DNA of 64,000 nucleotides from Octopus vulgaris (lineage: Eukaryota): assembly GCA_951406725.2 (NCBI GenBank), contig OX597814.1, positions 24,552,001 to 24,616,000 on the forward strand, read 5' to 3'. Every line of letters starts with the position of its first letter. Position 1 is the first letter of the stretch. The notes below the pieces were generated by a model, which was not told the origin of the DNA, did no database searches, and was given only the letters and a program-made list of their open reading frames with translations. The translations under genes and the position numbers were made by a program. Positions 37,407-50,986 of this stretch are shown here, in pieces.

Positions 37407-37744
37407 CATTCAGGAAATAGTACTACTAAGCACTACACACATCCTTTGTTAAGAACTTTCAATACAGTTAAAATAACAACATCACAACAAACCACAGCAC
37501 AGAGAGCTGTACTCAGTAGTGCAGTGAAAGCACGTGATAAAAATAAGACTACTGAATAATCTTACTATAATGGGCGTTATGTCCGTCTATCTGTTATCTC
37601 TTCATGGTCAAACAGCTGCACCAATGGTCACAATGTTTTTTGGGAATACAAAGGTCATCAGGAAAGTTTTTAGAGAGAAAAGAAATGTAAAAAAGTATTA
37701 TTTAGCAGATGTTGAGTTTTGTATTAATAAATCATCTTTGATTT

Positions 37745-37930
37745 TTTAAAAAATTCCGGCGATGAGGATTAATTTTGGATTCCCCACCCTGCCGCCACTC
37801 CATATGGCTTGTGAGTTTAGAGTGTTTAGATTTGTGATATTATCTCTAGCGTGAGAATGTAGATGAACAATCTGGTGTGTTTATTTTGATGGCCTACCAA
37901 TGTATACAGTGAGTTTCTTTTGCCCTAGGT
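37745..37930 (-). mobile_element. Possible Penelope-like GIY-YIG endonuclease remnant
   Basis: Minus strand KKLTVYIGRPSK*..HLHSHARDNITNLNTLNSQAIW loosely resembles the PLE YIG...H...LSxxIW pattern; weak. Confidence 0.3.
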
Positions 37931-37979
37931 GTTGGGAAGATACTTAGCAAGAAATGGAAACGAAAATTGAAAGACAATG

Positions 37980-38038
<59 letters not shown>

Positions 38039-38039
38039 C

Positions 38040-38215
38040 ATCATCATCATCATCGTTTAACGTCCGTTCTCCATTCTAGCATGGGTTGGACGGTTCGACC
38101 GGGGATCTGGGAAGCCAGAAGGCTGCACCAGGCTCCAGTCTTATCTGGCAATGTTTCTACAGCTGGATGCCCTTCCTAACGCCAACCACTCCGTGAGTGT
38201 AGCCAACCACTCCGT
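38040..38215 (-). mobile_element. Family D tail inside (AAT)n, with a small junction duplication
   Basis: CATCATCGTTTAACGTCCG..CTGGATGCCCTTCCTAACGCCAACCACTCCGTG; GCCAACCACTCCGTG is repeated at the truncation point. Confidence 0.85.
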
Positions 38216-38228
38216 GGTTATTAATAAT

Positions 38229-38267
<39 letters not shown>

Positions 38268-40154
38268 TTGTTTGTTTTATAAAAACCAAAAACACAATTA
38301 CAACAACAACAGCAACAATAATAATAATAATAATAATGATTTCAAAAATCTGGCACAACACCTGCAATTTTGAAGAAAGATTTGTTGATGCCATCAACCA
38401 CAAGACTTAAACTAATACTATATTTTATTGATCCTGGAGACATAGAACATAAAATGATATAGGATTTCTTCTGATACTGAAATTTTTCTGCCACTCCAAC
38501 ACCCTTAACTGTTTCTGATTTAGAGACAAGGCTATCAATTTCAAGGTAGAAGATTATTTAATATTAATGACTCTAGCACTTGAATTAAATATAACATCAT
38601 TGATCATGAAGAGATGAAAGCAAAAATAAACCTTGGTGGGATTTCAATACAAAATATTTCAAAACAAATATTTCAAAGTTTTAACAATTTCTTTATCTTC
38701 TTCCCTTAGTGATAGTTGCCTTCATAGGCATGTGGTTAGAAAATTTAGGGAGAGTTTAGCTAATTAAACTGCTCACCCAAACAATACCTGACTGGTACTT
38801 TGTTTTAGCAGACTTAGAAAGATGCAAGAGTCCTTTCCAGAATGTAGCAAAAAATAGAAAGAGTTTAATTTTGATACAATTTCATAAATGTACAATATCT
38901 TTATTTTTTAAAAGATTGCACATCGGAATTTTAATTACTTATCTCAAAACAAAAGGTTATTCAACTCTTTGTTCATTTAGTATCAAAAAAATCAAATCAG
39001 CCAGCAGATGGAATGCTTCCTTGTTGATGCCTTTTGCATACCTTCACCAAGAAATGATAAAAGATAAAATGATAATAAAACAGTTTGCCTCTGGAAATCT
39101 TGTTATGCAGGTTTAAATCAAATTGTAACCTTTATGCTTTCTAATATCACGAATTTAGTTTTTCCTGAAACTATTTCTGTATTACGTCTCCCATTTGACA
39201 AAACTGAAGCATTCTTCAGTCATGTGCAGCAATATATATTTCAATTCAATTAAACTATCACTCATAAAAACTGTAGCAATGCATGCAAAAAGCTTAAGAT
39301 GAAATATAAAAGTAACGGAGCTCATAATGAAAATAACTGCCAAGGTCTTAACTGAACTTGTATTGGAAAGATTTATGGTAGCATGGATGGAGCTCTGTTT
39401 AGTTTCTTTGCATAGCAAGAGAACTGTTACTCTGAATTGCTTCTAATACTTAGTCAAAAATAAGTAGCTTACCTTTGTTTACTAAGAAACAACACGTTTA
39501 GTAGAGTCACTTACTGAATGTGAGCAAATTACATAGGAAGAAAATACTTTAAGTGTATGTGTGTGTATTTCTCTTTGTCATTCTCTGTACATGCACACAC
39601 ACACACATACATATTATGAAGGTGAAGTCTCAGTTAACTTGATATTCACAATAAATTTGACTCTACTGTCAGCTGTTATTTTTTAAGTACTTGAAGATAA
39701 TATAATTACTTGATCATTTAATACACAAATGTGTATGAGTGATTGTGTGTGTGTTGTATTTATATGTGTATCCTTTCTGCTATAGGTACAATGCTTGAAA
39801 TTTTGGGGGAAAGAGGTTAGTCATTCCATTTGACTCTAGTGCTCAGCTGGTACTTATTTCATCAACTCACCAGATTGTAAAATTGGACGAAATGTTGTTT
39901 AGCATTTTGTTTGGTTTGCTAACAATTCTGTCATCTCTCCACCTTTGTATTTATATCTACATCATCAGGAACTTCCTTTTAATGTCTTCGTTGTCATACT
40001 TGCATGGGTCAGGCATAATATGTCAAGGCAGATGTTTCTATTTCTAGATGTCCCTTGTGTTACTTCCTTTCTCATGTTTCCAGGCAAGATGATATTTCCC
40101 TTGATCTGGACATGTTTTCACAGAAGATAGGAAACAATTGTAACCTCTTGAAAC

Positions 40155-40400
40155 ATCATCATCATTTAACGTCCGCTTTCCATGCTAGCATGTGTTGGAC
40201 GATTTTGACTGAGGGCTGGCGAACCAGATGGCTGCACCAGGTTCTAATCTTGATCTGGCAGAGTTTCTACAGCTGGATGCCCTTCCTAACGCCAACCACT
40301 CCGAGAGTGTAGTGGGTGCTTTTACATGCCACCGGCATGAGGGCCAGTCAGGTGGTACTGGCAACAACCTCGCTTGAATCTTTTTACACATGCCACCGTC
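40155..40400 (-). mobile_element. Family D element
   Basis: Reverse complement of the D tail plus about one unit. Confidence 0.88.
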
Positions 40401-41139
40401 AAAATTTGTTTGCAATTAGCATGCAATGTTAAGTCAAGTTGGCACAGCTATGGCAGTGTTGTTCAGAAATATGCTTCACAACAATACAGCAACTTGGACA
40501 AATGTCTTTTGAAAGTTCAGAGTTAACCAAAATTTTTCGAGTGAATTTGATAAGACAGAATCAAGAAAAACCTCATCATATTACATATTAAAAAATCTTA
40601 AAAACAGAGTGACATGAGACTTTTGAAAAGAAGTTTTCACATTGTGTTAAGTGCTTTGGTTGTTTAAAGTTTTTCAAACACACATGTTACAGGGTGATCT
40701 GTAAAGCGGAATTTGCTTTTAGCAGTAATGTTGACTATTTCTGGCTTAGTTTCTGATTTAGAATTTTTATAAATTCATCTTTTACCTTTATTTTGACAAA
40801 AGGAAATATTTTGAATTTTCCATTTGCACAAATATCTAGGTGTTCACTACATGGAGCATTTCTAAGTGATTAATCTCTGACTTGTCTATGTACTCAAATC
40901 TGTGATATTAATTATGATCCTGTTTGGCCAATATATTTCTCATTGCATTGCAAGCATGTGTGATGTAGCAATTGCAATTTATCTAGTTTTTTATTCATAT
41001 TTATTTGAAGTTGTCTCTTCTGTCTAGTGCTTTTTTAAACATCTTTCTGGAAAATATCAAGCAGGAGACACTTCATATTTTCCATGCTTTCATTTCTATA
41101 GCAAAACTGACCTGTTGCATTTTGTTAGCAATATTGACT

Positions 41140-42240
41140 TAGTGAAGGTAGTGAAATAGGATTCCTGGCACCGACAACCAAACTGGAAAGAGCATCAGAA
41201 GTATACTGAATGGGAAACATTTTAGAAAAGAGCAAGAAACTAATCAATAGCTTCAAGCTGAATGCAACTACAAATATTGTACTGAATGGAAAATCCTGAA
41301 CAAGTGGATAAATTTCAATAGCTCTATTTTAAACAAGGACAGTAGTTCGGTAAAAGAGATAAAGGCAAGACTTTGCTTAGTCTCATTTGTCACCACAAAA
41401 CTGAATGTCATATAGAAAAGCTGTATTTCTTATCAGTTCATGGATCTTGAACTGTACACTTTTTTAGACTCAATCTTTCTGTATAGATGCTGAAGTTGAA
41501 CATTTATAGATAACTTGAAACAAATAAAGTACGCATTTGAGCAAGTGCCTCTGAAGGCTGCAACATTTCATCTACACAGAACACAGGAAAAAAAGCTTTC
41601 GGATCTCTGGATATGCAAAGAGCTGCTAATTGCCACAGTGAAATGATGAAGTTTTGCCTGAAATGGATGTGTATCTTGCCATGACTACCTGTCCAAAACT
41701 ATGCTTCAGATCATTGTTGAAAGAAGGGAAAAGAGATGACAAGGGAAGACATCATTCAACATCAAGAACTGGATAGGTCTACCAAGGTAACCATGAATAT
41801 GTAATGGAGGACATGTAATAGTGAGGGCGCGTGGCTTAGTGGTTAGGGCATTCGGCTCATGATCGTAAGGTTGTGAGTTCGATTCCCGGCGATGCGTTGT
41901 GTCCTTGAGCAAGACACTTTATTTCACGTTGCTCCAGTCCACTCAGCTGGCAAAAATGAGTTGTACTTGTATTTCAAAGGGTCAGCCTTGTCACTCTGTG
42001 TCACGCTGATTATCCCCGAGAACTACGTTAAGGGTACACGTGTCTGTGGAATGCTCAGCCATTTGCACGTTAATTTCACGAGCAAGCTGTTCCGTTGATC
42101 GTATCAGCTGGGACCCTCGTCGTCGTAACCGGTGGAGTCATTTAAAATGGAGGACAGAAATCAATGAACTTGCAGACTACTTGGACAGCTAGAATAACAA
42201 TTTACTAGTGGGCTGTACCAGTTACAGAAAAGATGATTAC
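41140..42240 (+). mobile_element. Decayed RTE-clade LINE RT C-terminal region
   Basis: NIVLNGKS/EQVDKFQ*/SILNKDSSSVKEIKARLCLVSFVTTKLNVI*KS resembles the RTE I.lnG..lEqV..FkYLGS.l..dg....EIk.Ri..A...L..iWks pattern. Interrupted by a SINE B. Confidence 0.7.
41821..42140 (+). mobile_element. Full-length family B tRNA-derived SINE
   Basis: Intact A-box and B-box; probable 11-bp TSD AATGGAGGACA at 41803-41813 and 42146-42156. Confidence 0.92.
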
Positions 42241-45200
42241 ATACACACACACAGTGAGAGAGAGAGGAGGAATTAGAAAGAGGAGAAAGAGACACTATAT
42301 AACTATATGATAGATGCAGTGTTACAGTAAGTAATATTTCTTACTAAATATCAAAAATGAGAAAATAATAAATTAAAGATAGATTTAGATGAGATAAGGT
42401 TTGCTTTCACAAAGACATTTTTAAATCATGCATGTGAAATTGATAATGAGACAGTCTTGGTAATATCTGTAAAAGAAAGAGTGCTTCAATAATTTCACCA
42501 AATTTTGAATCAGAATGTGAACTGGCTGAGAATGACTGATTATGACTAGCATATTTGGTACTAGAGAAAATAGACATTCTAATATTGCCTAGAAATTTCT
42601 GAAATTGATTAATCGAAAAAAATTAGTGAATTGCTAAATAACACAACCCTGATGTATGCTTTATTCCGATTGCCAGTAAGATATGATCTCATGATTTGTT
42701 ACTTTTAAAAGGACCTGCTACTGGTAATGATGTAAATCAGTATTGTCTATTTCATGGCTAGGCTGTCAGTGACAAAACAGGCAACATCACTCTAGGCTCT
42801 TGCTTTGGTGAGCAAAGGGTGGATCAACACCCTGAAAGATCATAAAACAAACTCTACTTTCCTAGAAGTTTGGATAAACTAATCTGGACATCCAATATTC
42901 ATACATCAATTCTACAAATAAAGTGGTAACCCAGTAGTTTTTGAGTCTAGCATTTTAACCTTCGTACCAGCCTGAATTCAGTGCTTTCCCTTAGATGTAT
43001 TGGTCTTACCTTTTGTCAAATGCAGGTAAAAAACCACCCAAGATGGCTTAAATTAGTCCAGGCTAGGATTATCATCTCACCTTTCATTCCATCAGAAATG
43101 GCAGCTGCATGCCATTACTTAAGATATAATTTGAATTGTTCATGGGTGAAAAGGTTGAATTTATGTAGTATTTGAACATTATAAATAAATCTTGTTTTCA
43201 AATCCGCTGGAGACGCTTCATAATGGCTTCCTGGGTTATTTCCTTTAACTCGTTATATTTTTTTAACTAACCACATTACTACTGATGAAAATCTTTGTTT
43301 CTCTCTTTTTTTTTTTTTTTTTTTTTTTGCTGTAAGTATAAACTTTTAATGACTAATCAAAGTAGATTTTATTATAATTGTGCTTTTTGGACAAAGTCCA
43401 ATAAAACTAAATCATGTTCGTAGCTATGCAAATTAAGTTTTTGAAAGTAAGTCTTGATTCTTTAACAGTATCTCTAGTTTTCATTGATAATCTCAAACAG
43501 TTATGGCTTAGTGTCAGTTGTTTTTGGTCATTTATTTCAGTCATATGCTGTTAAATTCATTTTACCTCTTAAAAACAAACACTAATTATCAAACAATGAT
43601 ACCTTAGGTAAGTATTCATATTGGATAGAGAAGATATTCTCTGATCCAATTAATGGCATAAAATAAAATCTAAGCATTTAAAAATTTGGGAAGCCATAGG
43701 AAAATGATATTATACTGGGAAATCAGATTAAAACAGCTCCATTTTGCAAGCAACTTAAACAAAAATGAATAATATAAGTGGATAATATGATCAGAAATGA
43801 AACTAAAAATCTTGAATATTAAAAGGTAAAATCTGAAAGCTGAAGAAACTATTGATTGTATGCATTAGCAATAATTCATCTGTAAGACAATTACTAGAAG
43901 AGTTTCATAAGTTCTGTAGTTATAGGAAGGAAAAAGTCTTATGGCCTGGGCTCTTGTTCTTTGCCTTAGAGAGTGGAAGATTAAAGTATTGTTTTATAAA
44001 ATTGATATGAGAACTTTCATATGAATAAATTCACAGTCTGATTGTTGTTTTCCGATTTCCCCTCTGAATAGTGGCCAAAATACATATTAGCTTCAGTGAA
44101 ACTTTTGTTATTTATTTTCTACTTTTTCATTGTCAATAAGCAGTGCCTACGTAAAAATACTGAGAATTTTTAGTTCATTCTACCTTCTTAATAATATACT
44201 TCTTCAGTTGGTATGCAATGATCACAATAGCTGACATTCCACATATGCCATTACTTAAAGAATTTGCAAAATTTATATGGAATTATCCATTGTTTTGACT
44301 TCTATTAATAAAATCTAGGGATGACCTTCATAAGAATACTGCAACTTTTGAGGTTTACTCCCTTGGCACTCCCTAAAACGCAAATATTACTAAGAATATT
44401 AATTCAAGGCACTCAGCTTTGCTTTGTGTATTTTGCTTGAAGAAACCTGCGAGATACCACTATCAGTTGATTAAATTGATCCCATTTCTTCTCTGCTACT
44501 TTATATCATTGACTCTGGAAGGATTGAAGGCAAAGTTGAATTTACTTAGCAAGCAATTTTGGGGAAAATGTTGAATAAGGTAAGCAAACATTTACTAAGA
44601 TTATACATTTTTTAGAATTTGATTCTGCCCAAGATGTTTTTTTAGTGACTTTAAGAATAGATAGGCTAGACTAAACAGCTTGTAGCTCAAATTAATGTAT
44701 GTAAAAACGACTAATAATGGTCTGGCACAGCAAAGTAATCTACACACACATGCAGACATGCACACCCACACACACACATGCCCACAGACAATAGAACTAC
44801 AATAAAATTTATAAGTTAATGTGCCATTGGGCGGGGAAATATGTTCTGACATTTATTGCTGAGATCTTTGTAGGAAAATTCATTCGTCTTCATCTTATAA
44901 ACATCTTATCGTATTCTGAGACATAATACAATTCAGGAACCAACACAAAAGATATTGTTATAATCAACCAATCAAAAAAAAAAAAAAATTTTCACAAATC
45001 TGGCAGAGATATTCACTATATGGTGGGGGCACTTTGCTTACAGGTTAGAAAGTCATGCATCCCATCCTTCATCACCATCATGATTTCACTGGCTATTTGC
45101 CATCTTTGCTCCAGCATGTTGCTCTGGTCCACACAGCTAGTAAACATGAGTATTATGTTGAAGTCACAACAGGCATGGCAATCTGGTGATGGCTGGTGGA

Positions 45201-46221
45201 TCTACCTAAAAAACAAACAGAAGGGAACTTCTGGATTGATGGGTTATAGACCTACTCGGATGTTGGGTATTACTTTTTATATTCTTTATATGGAGACTGT
45301 ATTTTCTAGAAATGCCAGTCAAATTGTAATATAAATGGAAATGGATAAGAACTAATGTAGACTAGATTTACAAAAGAGACAGGATAAACACTGCAGGAAT
45401 GTATTTCAAAACCGGGTTGCTAAATAATAACTGAGGGCTAAATAACTGGGGCTAAACAACATTGAAATGGTAAAAACAGAAAAAAATGCTTCAATCCCTA
45501 AGGCAGTTTTCTGGAAACTATTGAAGAAACTAAGAGAAGTGAATAAGGAAAAGTTTTATTGAAATAATATAGAAACATTTAAAGCCATAATAATTCTATT
45601 CTCAGGAAATATTCACCAATAAAATTCCAGGTTGATACTGACGGAATAATCAATGAATTCCAGACTCTTATTAATATATCCAGGTAGAACATAATATGAT
45701 ATTAGTCACAGCAATGGCAGTTTTCCATGTATAAGTTGGATAGTCCTCAGAAATTTGAGAATAAGATCTGAAATTATGAGCTGGTAATCCAGCACATTAA
45801 CTATCCAGTTATTGTTCAAACATAGTAATTAGCCAATTGCAGCCATGACAGTTTTAGAGCAGAGCTTCCTTTAGTATCAGTGAAGATATTACCATTTAAC
45901 TTACTTGATAGTGTTAGTTCATTTTTGGACGAAACTAATAGGTTGGTTGACTTGATTTTAATAAAGTACTTACCATAGGGAATTTCAATTTCATTGTTAT
46001 ATATCTACTTACTTTAATGATTTATACATGTAGCATTAGTTATGTGATGATAATGATGATGATGATGGAAGACTTATGTTAGTACTTGAGGATGAAGTAT
46101 TGGTGTTGATTAAGATATTTGTGTGGAGAAATTGCAGCTATTAGAAAATAATACTTCACATTTCTTCTAAATGTCAGAATTTCCGAATAATTCTTTCATA
46201 CATATGTACGTACATACACAC

Positions 46222-46268
<47 letters not shown>

Positions 46269-46869
46269 AACATGTGTATATATTTGTATATATATATATA
46301 TTGGGGTTATACACACACAAATGTAAACTTATATTTATATATACACATACATACATACAAACAGCATATACAGTAAAATTATGTTTAATAAAAATGTGTG
46401 TGTATATAATTCATGCACATACACACACACACAAATATATATACAGCCACCCTGCAGTTTGTCATAGCTTGGCTTAGGGATATAAGAATGGGCTGCAATT
46501 AACAAAGTAAACAAAACCTTGTTATATACACAGAAGAAGAAATAAGTGAATGAAAAGATGGTGGAAGAGAAGCAAGCTACAAAAACAACAGGTATATAAT
46601 TATTATTCTAGTGCAATGACAGTCAGAATAAAAATACTTAGAAAACTAAACAATGCCAATCAATAAGACTTGAAGTAGAATGAAAACATAAAACAATTTT
46701 GTTAGAATAATTAGAGAACAATCCAAAAGTGTAAATAGAAAATATAAATTAATAAAAACAAAAAAAGAAACAAAAACAAAAAAAAACAGCAATTATTTCT
46801 CTATATTATAGAATTGCAATTATTGTAGGTTAATGCTAGGAAACACATATTGCCCTATTATTTGCAAAC

Positions 46870-47060
46870 ATTACTGCTGCTGCTGCTGCTACTACTACTA
46901 CAATTGCTTGCAACTGATGATGATGAGGAGGAGGAAGAGGAGGATGGCAGCAGGATGGTGGTGGTGATGGCAGTGTTGTTGATGATGTTAACAATGATGA
47001 TGGTGGTAATAATGGTGGTGGTGGCGGTGGCAGTGGTGGTGATGATGATGATGACGACAA
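46870..47060. repeat. Trinucleotide low-complexity tract (CTG/CTA/GAT/GGT)
   Basis: Directly visible. Confidence 0.9.
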
Positions 47061-47865
47061 CGGCTTATGATATAGTTAGATTATTAAGTAAATATGTTTA
47101 CCTAAACATGCATTTTTACTAAACTATAAACAGAAATAACACTACCACTACTACCAATTGGGTTAACTACTACTACTTGTAGCATTCTGTTTTAGTGCTT
47201 ATACCAACGATAACAAAAATGTTATTAAAATAATAATTGCTATTGTTATTGCAAATAGTAATAGTATTGGTGGTTTTGGTGGTGGTTTTGGTAGTAGTGG
47301 TGGTAGTAGTGGTACTAGTAGTAGTAGTAGTTCTTTCATAAAGTTTGCAGCAACAAAATTTGGTTTAGAGGTAGACTAGAGCCATAAAACTTTTCAGAAG
47401 GAACTGCAGTAGAAATAGTTTTTGGAAATTTATTGCAAAATGTGTTATAAGAGCAGAACAATTTGGTTCGGTAATCAATAGAGTGTAAAATATCGAAATA
47501 TAACAGAAACGCCTAAGAATATAGGGAGTTCGTAAAACTATATGGTAAACTGTGAAGAATATGGGTGTCAGAAGAATACAGAGAAAATATCTATTAACTT
47601 AGACATTATATAACAGAACATAGAACATTAACATTGAGATTTTTGTGTATGCAGCTCAATTGTAGAGAAAATTATGTAGCAGCGAGATAGTCTAACTAAA
47701 TTCTTCACAAAATTATAGAGATTTGGAAGTCTAGTGTTTATATTTGCTTTTTAAATTGTCAAGTACTTGAGATTCAAATCTTGCCAGAATAATGGAAAAT
47801 GTTTGTTTTCCAGTTTGTTTTCTTGCTTTGTGCTTACTGAAAAAAATAATAAAATAATTTCTTTG

Positions 47866-47951
47866 ATGTGTGTGTGTGTATATGTATATATATATATATA
47901 TACATACATACATACACATATATATACATACATACACATATATATACATAC

Positions 47952-47988
<37 letters not shown>

Positions 47989-48044
47989 CATCCATACATA
48001 TATATATGTATACATATATATACATATATATATATATACATTTT

Positions 48045-48076
<32 letters not shown>

Positions 48077-48077
48077 C

Positions 48078-48126
<49 letters not shown>

Positions 48127-48165
48127 TACACACACATATATACACACACACACACACACACGCAC
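47866..48165. repeat. ~300-bp compound (AT)/(AC)/(ATAC) microsatellite
   Basis: Directly visible; produces the overlapping IY/TH ORFs. Confidence 0.95.
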
Positions 48166-49344
48166 ATATTAATTTCATGCTGTGTCCATGCAAGGAAGTC
48201 ACTACCAATTGATAGGTAAGTTTTTCAATCTGAAAGACAGAACAAAACGTGTGTGAGAGACCAGGGTATTTATTGTGAAATTTCAAAAAAGCGAAAAAAT
48301 CTGCAACAATATAATGTATTTAGTGTGCTTGAATGTTTTCGTAATTGTTCCTGTATAGACGTTTGAAACAATGGAAGATGACATCAGTTACTGCCTAAGG
48401 TAGGTAATTCAAAAAAGTTACTTTCTGAATGAATTTAAACTCAGTAATATAATTCTAAAGATAGCAAAAATGAATAAAACATTATTTAGTTCAATCTTTT
48501 CCTTATAATTTGGATATTTTCCAGTACTGATTAGAAGAAAAATTAAATTAATGAGTCCAAACCCAGCGAAAAACCAAGAAACTAAGAAAAAATCTCTATG
48601 TTATAAGTAAGAAAGAAAAATTTATCTAAATTACCTGAAACTGAAACAGAATCCAAAAACAAAATAATTATATGAAATAAGTTAGATAGAGAATTAGAGA
48701 AAACCAGTGAAAGTTTTACATCACAAAAAGTTATCTGATTGAAAATGTGGTTACCACAAAATTCTAATGCTTTTGAGGTCAGGTTCTTTAGCAAAGAAGA
48801 GAAATGTGGTTTAAAATATTGGATCATCTCCTTTCTTCATAAATTTATTCATATTAAGTACTTTATCTCCTCTTCAGTTTAGTGAAATAATGGTATTAAG
48901 TCAGTTAGACTAGAGTCGTAAAAAATAGGAGACAACAAGCATTTGCCTTTCATCCTTTTGGGGTTGATGAATTAAGTACCAGTTGCGTACTGGGGTCAAT
49001 CTAATCGAATGGTCCTTTTCCGCAAAATTTTGTGCCTTGTGCCTAGTGTAGAAAAGATTCTTGCCACCCAGAAACTAAAATTACACCACATCTAAATAAC
49101 TTTTACTCTACAAATAGAGTGTAAAAGTAAAAACTAATTACACAAAGACTAAACTTGAAGCATATGCAGGTATAATGTTTGACAGAACTAAGGAAACCAC
49201 GTAGATATAACAAATATTTATCATGAACAAAACCAACTCAATCAGATCCTCATTTCAATCCTTTCTCTTAACCAACCTATGAAACAAAACATGGAAATAA
49301 TATTTTTTTAGAGCAGTATTTGTCTCATTATTTCTTTCTAAGAT

Positions 49345-49556
49345 GGTGAGTTGGCAGAATTGTTAGCATACTGGACAAAATGCTTTGTAGTATTTCAGCC
49401 ATCGCTACATTCTGAGTTCAAATTCTGCCACGGTTGACTTTGCCTTTCATTCTTTTGGAGGTCGGTAAATTAATTACCAGTTGCATACTGGGATCAGTCT
49501 AATTGATTGACCCCCTACCCCAAAATTTTGGGCCCTGTGCCTATAGTAGAAAGAAT
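49345..49556 (+). mobile_element. Family C SINE
   Basis: GAGTTGGCAGAATTGTTAGCA..CTGAGTTCAAATTCTGCC..GTGCCTATAGTAGAAAGAAT. A partial copy lies at about 48940-49057. Confidence 0.85.
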
Positions 49557-49607
<51 letters not shown>

Positions 49608-49981
49608 ACTTCTTTCTGATGGGATACAAATGAGCAAAAAGAAAAGCTGGGTATAAGAAGAATTTGTTGCTATTGAAAGGAAGAATGTTAACTGCCCTAG
49701 AATGAACATGGGGTACATATAGAGAATGTCAATCAAACAAAGTGCTTTAAATGGACGAAAGTGACCTTGGATAAACATGAGATGTAATAAAAAACGATCA
49801 GAAAATTCTGCAGTACTGGAGACATATCTACTGATGCAAGGATAGCAAAATGACCATTGAAATGGTGGTGGTGATGAATGACAGGATGCATAATATATCA
49901 TAGGGTTTTTCACTCATTATAATTCCAATAAGTCTTCACCTACTGCCCTCTTTATTACCCTTTCATCTAACATTCTCCTTT

Positions 49982-50190
49982 TCTACTCTAGGCACGAGGC
50001 CTGAAAATGTTAAGACCTGGAGACCAGTCGATTAGATCGACCCCAGTATGCAATTGGTGCTTAATTTATCGAACCTGAAAGGATGAAAGGCAAAGTCAAC
50101 TTTGGCAGAATTTGAACTCAGAAGGTAATGACAGACAAAATACTGCTAAGCATTTCACCTGGTGTGCTAACATTTCTGCCAGCTTGCCAC
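49982..50190 (-). mobile_element. Family C SINE, inverted relative to 49345
   Basis: Reverse complement of the family C pattern. Confidence 0.85.
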
Positions 50191-50955
50191 TTATCTATCA
50201 GTCTCCTTTGCACTGACCATGTTGCCTGAGGAATAGGGTAAGGCATTTGATCTGTCTGCAGTCCTCTTCCCCATTAACCTCCCCCCCCCGTTCCATTTTT
50301 CTTCTAGTATCACTTTCAGTCATTCCACTTTTCATTGATAAGAATGCCTGTGTAAAGATAGAGGCATTGGATCCCTTTGTCTTCAGTACCCTATGCCTTA
50401 ACACTACTGCTTATCACCTTTTCTCTCTCTCCTTCTCCCTCTCTCAACCTCTCTATCAATCTATCTATTTTTTTTTCTTTCTTTCTTTCTTACTCTCTTC
50501 CATTCTCTTTCTCTTATCTCTCTCACTTGTTCCTTCTCCCACACTCTCACTCCCTTATTCTGTCTTCTCTGTCACTCTTCATCAACTTCTACCACTCTTA
50601 CTTATCATCATCCATTTCTAGCTTTCCCCCATTTGCTCTCTCACCAGAACTAATCTTTATTGTGACCCCCACCCCCACCCCAATCAGGTTACCCATACTA
50701 TTTCTCTACTCAGCATCTTTATCAGCAACTAACATGTAGCTTTCACTGTTTCTTTTGTGTTATCTCACCCTTTCCATGTCCCACTTTTTCCTCTATCACA
50801 TTTTATTCTGTCCCCTTTCAGTTTTCTCAGATTCACACACTTATTGCTGCAGTCCTTCAGCTTTTCTAAGCTCTGTAAAAGAACTTGAAAGGTTGGGCCT
50901 CCAACCAGACCTTTTGCATTACCCTTAAAGCCAGGAACTTTTCATCACTCTCCAT

Positions 50956-50986
<31 letters not shown>

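Larger units (their letters stand above)
36662..37560 (+). mobile_element. R4/Dong-like LINE 3' end (restriction-like endonuclease C-terminus), interrupted
   Basis: NVSPKEIEKLSQYKDLEIEIT*MWDLKAETIPIITGALGMIKR | TDKYITKTTG | YSIQEIVLLSTTHIL matches the RLE signature KxxKYxDL..W..xPxxxGALG..QxxxLLGTAHIL. Split by a SINE A, an E fragment and microsatellites. Confidence 0.85.

Noticed and set aside
41821-41895. tRNA genes at SINE heads (also 55885, 59573, 60746)
   Set aside because: A/B boxes are present but continue into multi-copy SINE bodies, and the cloverleaf is incomplete.
42955-43160. TTAA-flanked piggyBac-type MITE
   Set aside because: The ends (TTAACCTT / AAGGTTGA) match over only a few bases and there is no second copy in the window.
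44870-45310. piggyBac transposase remnant
   Set aside because: Only a faint resemblance to the YxPxKPxKYG region; no catalytic motif or TTAA-bounded TIRs could be verified.
47731-48286. Overlapping 60-150 aa ORFs on both strands
   Set aside because: Artefact of a stop-free dinucleotide microsatellite. The same applies to the poly-Ile/His/Tyr ORFs at 14.2, 21.5, 30.1, 37.2 and 46.8 kb.
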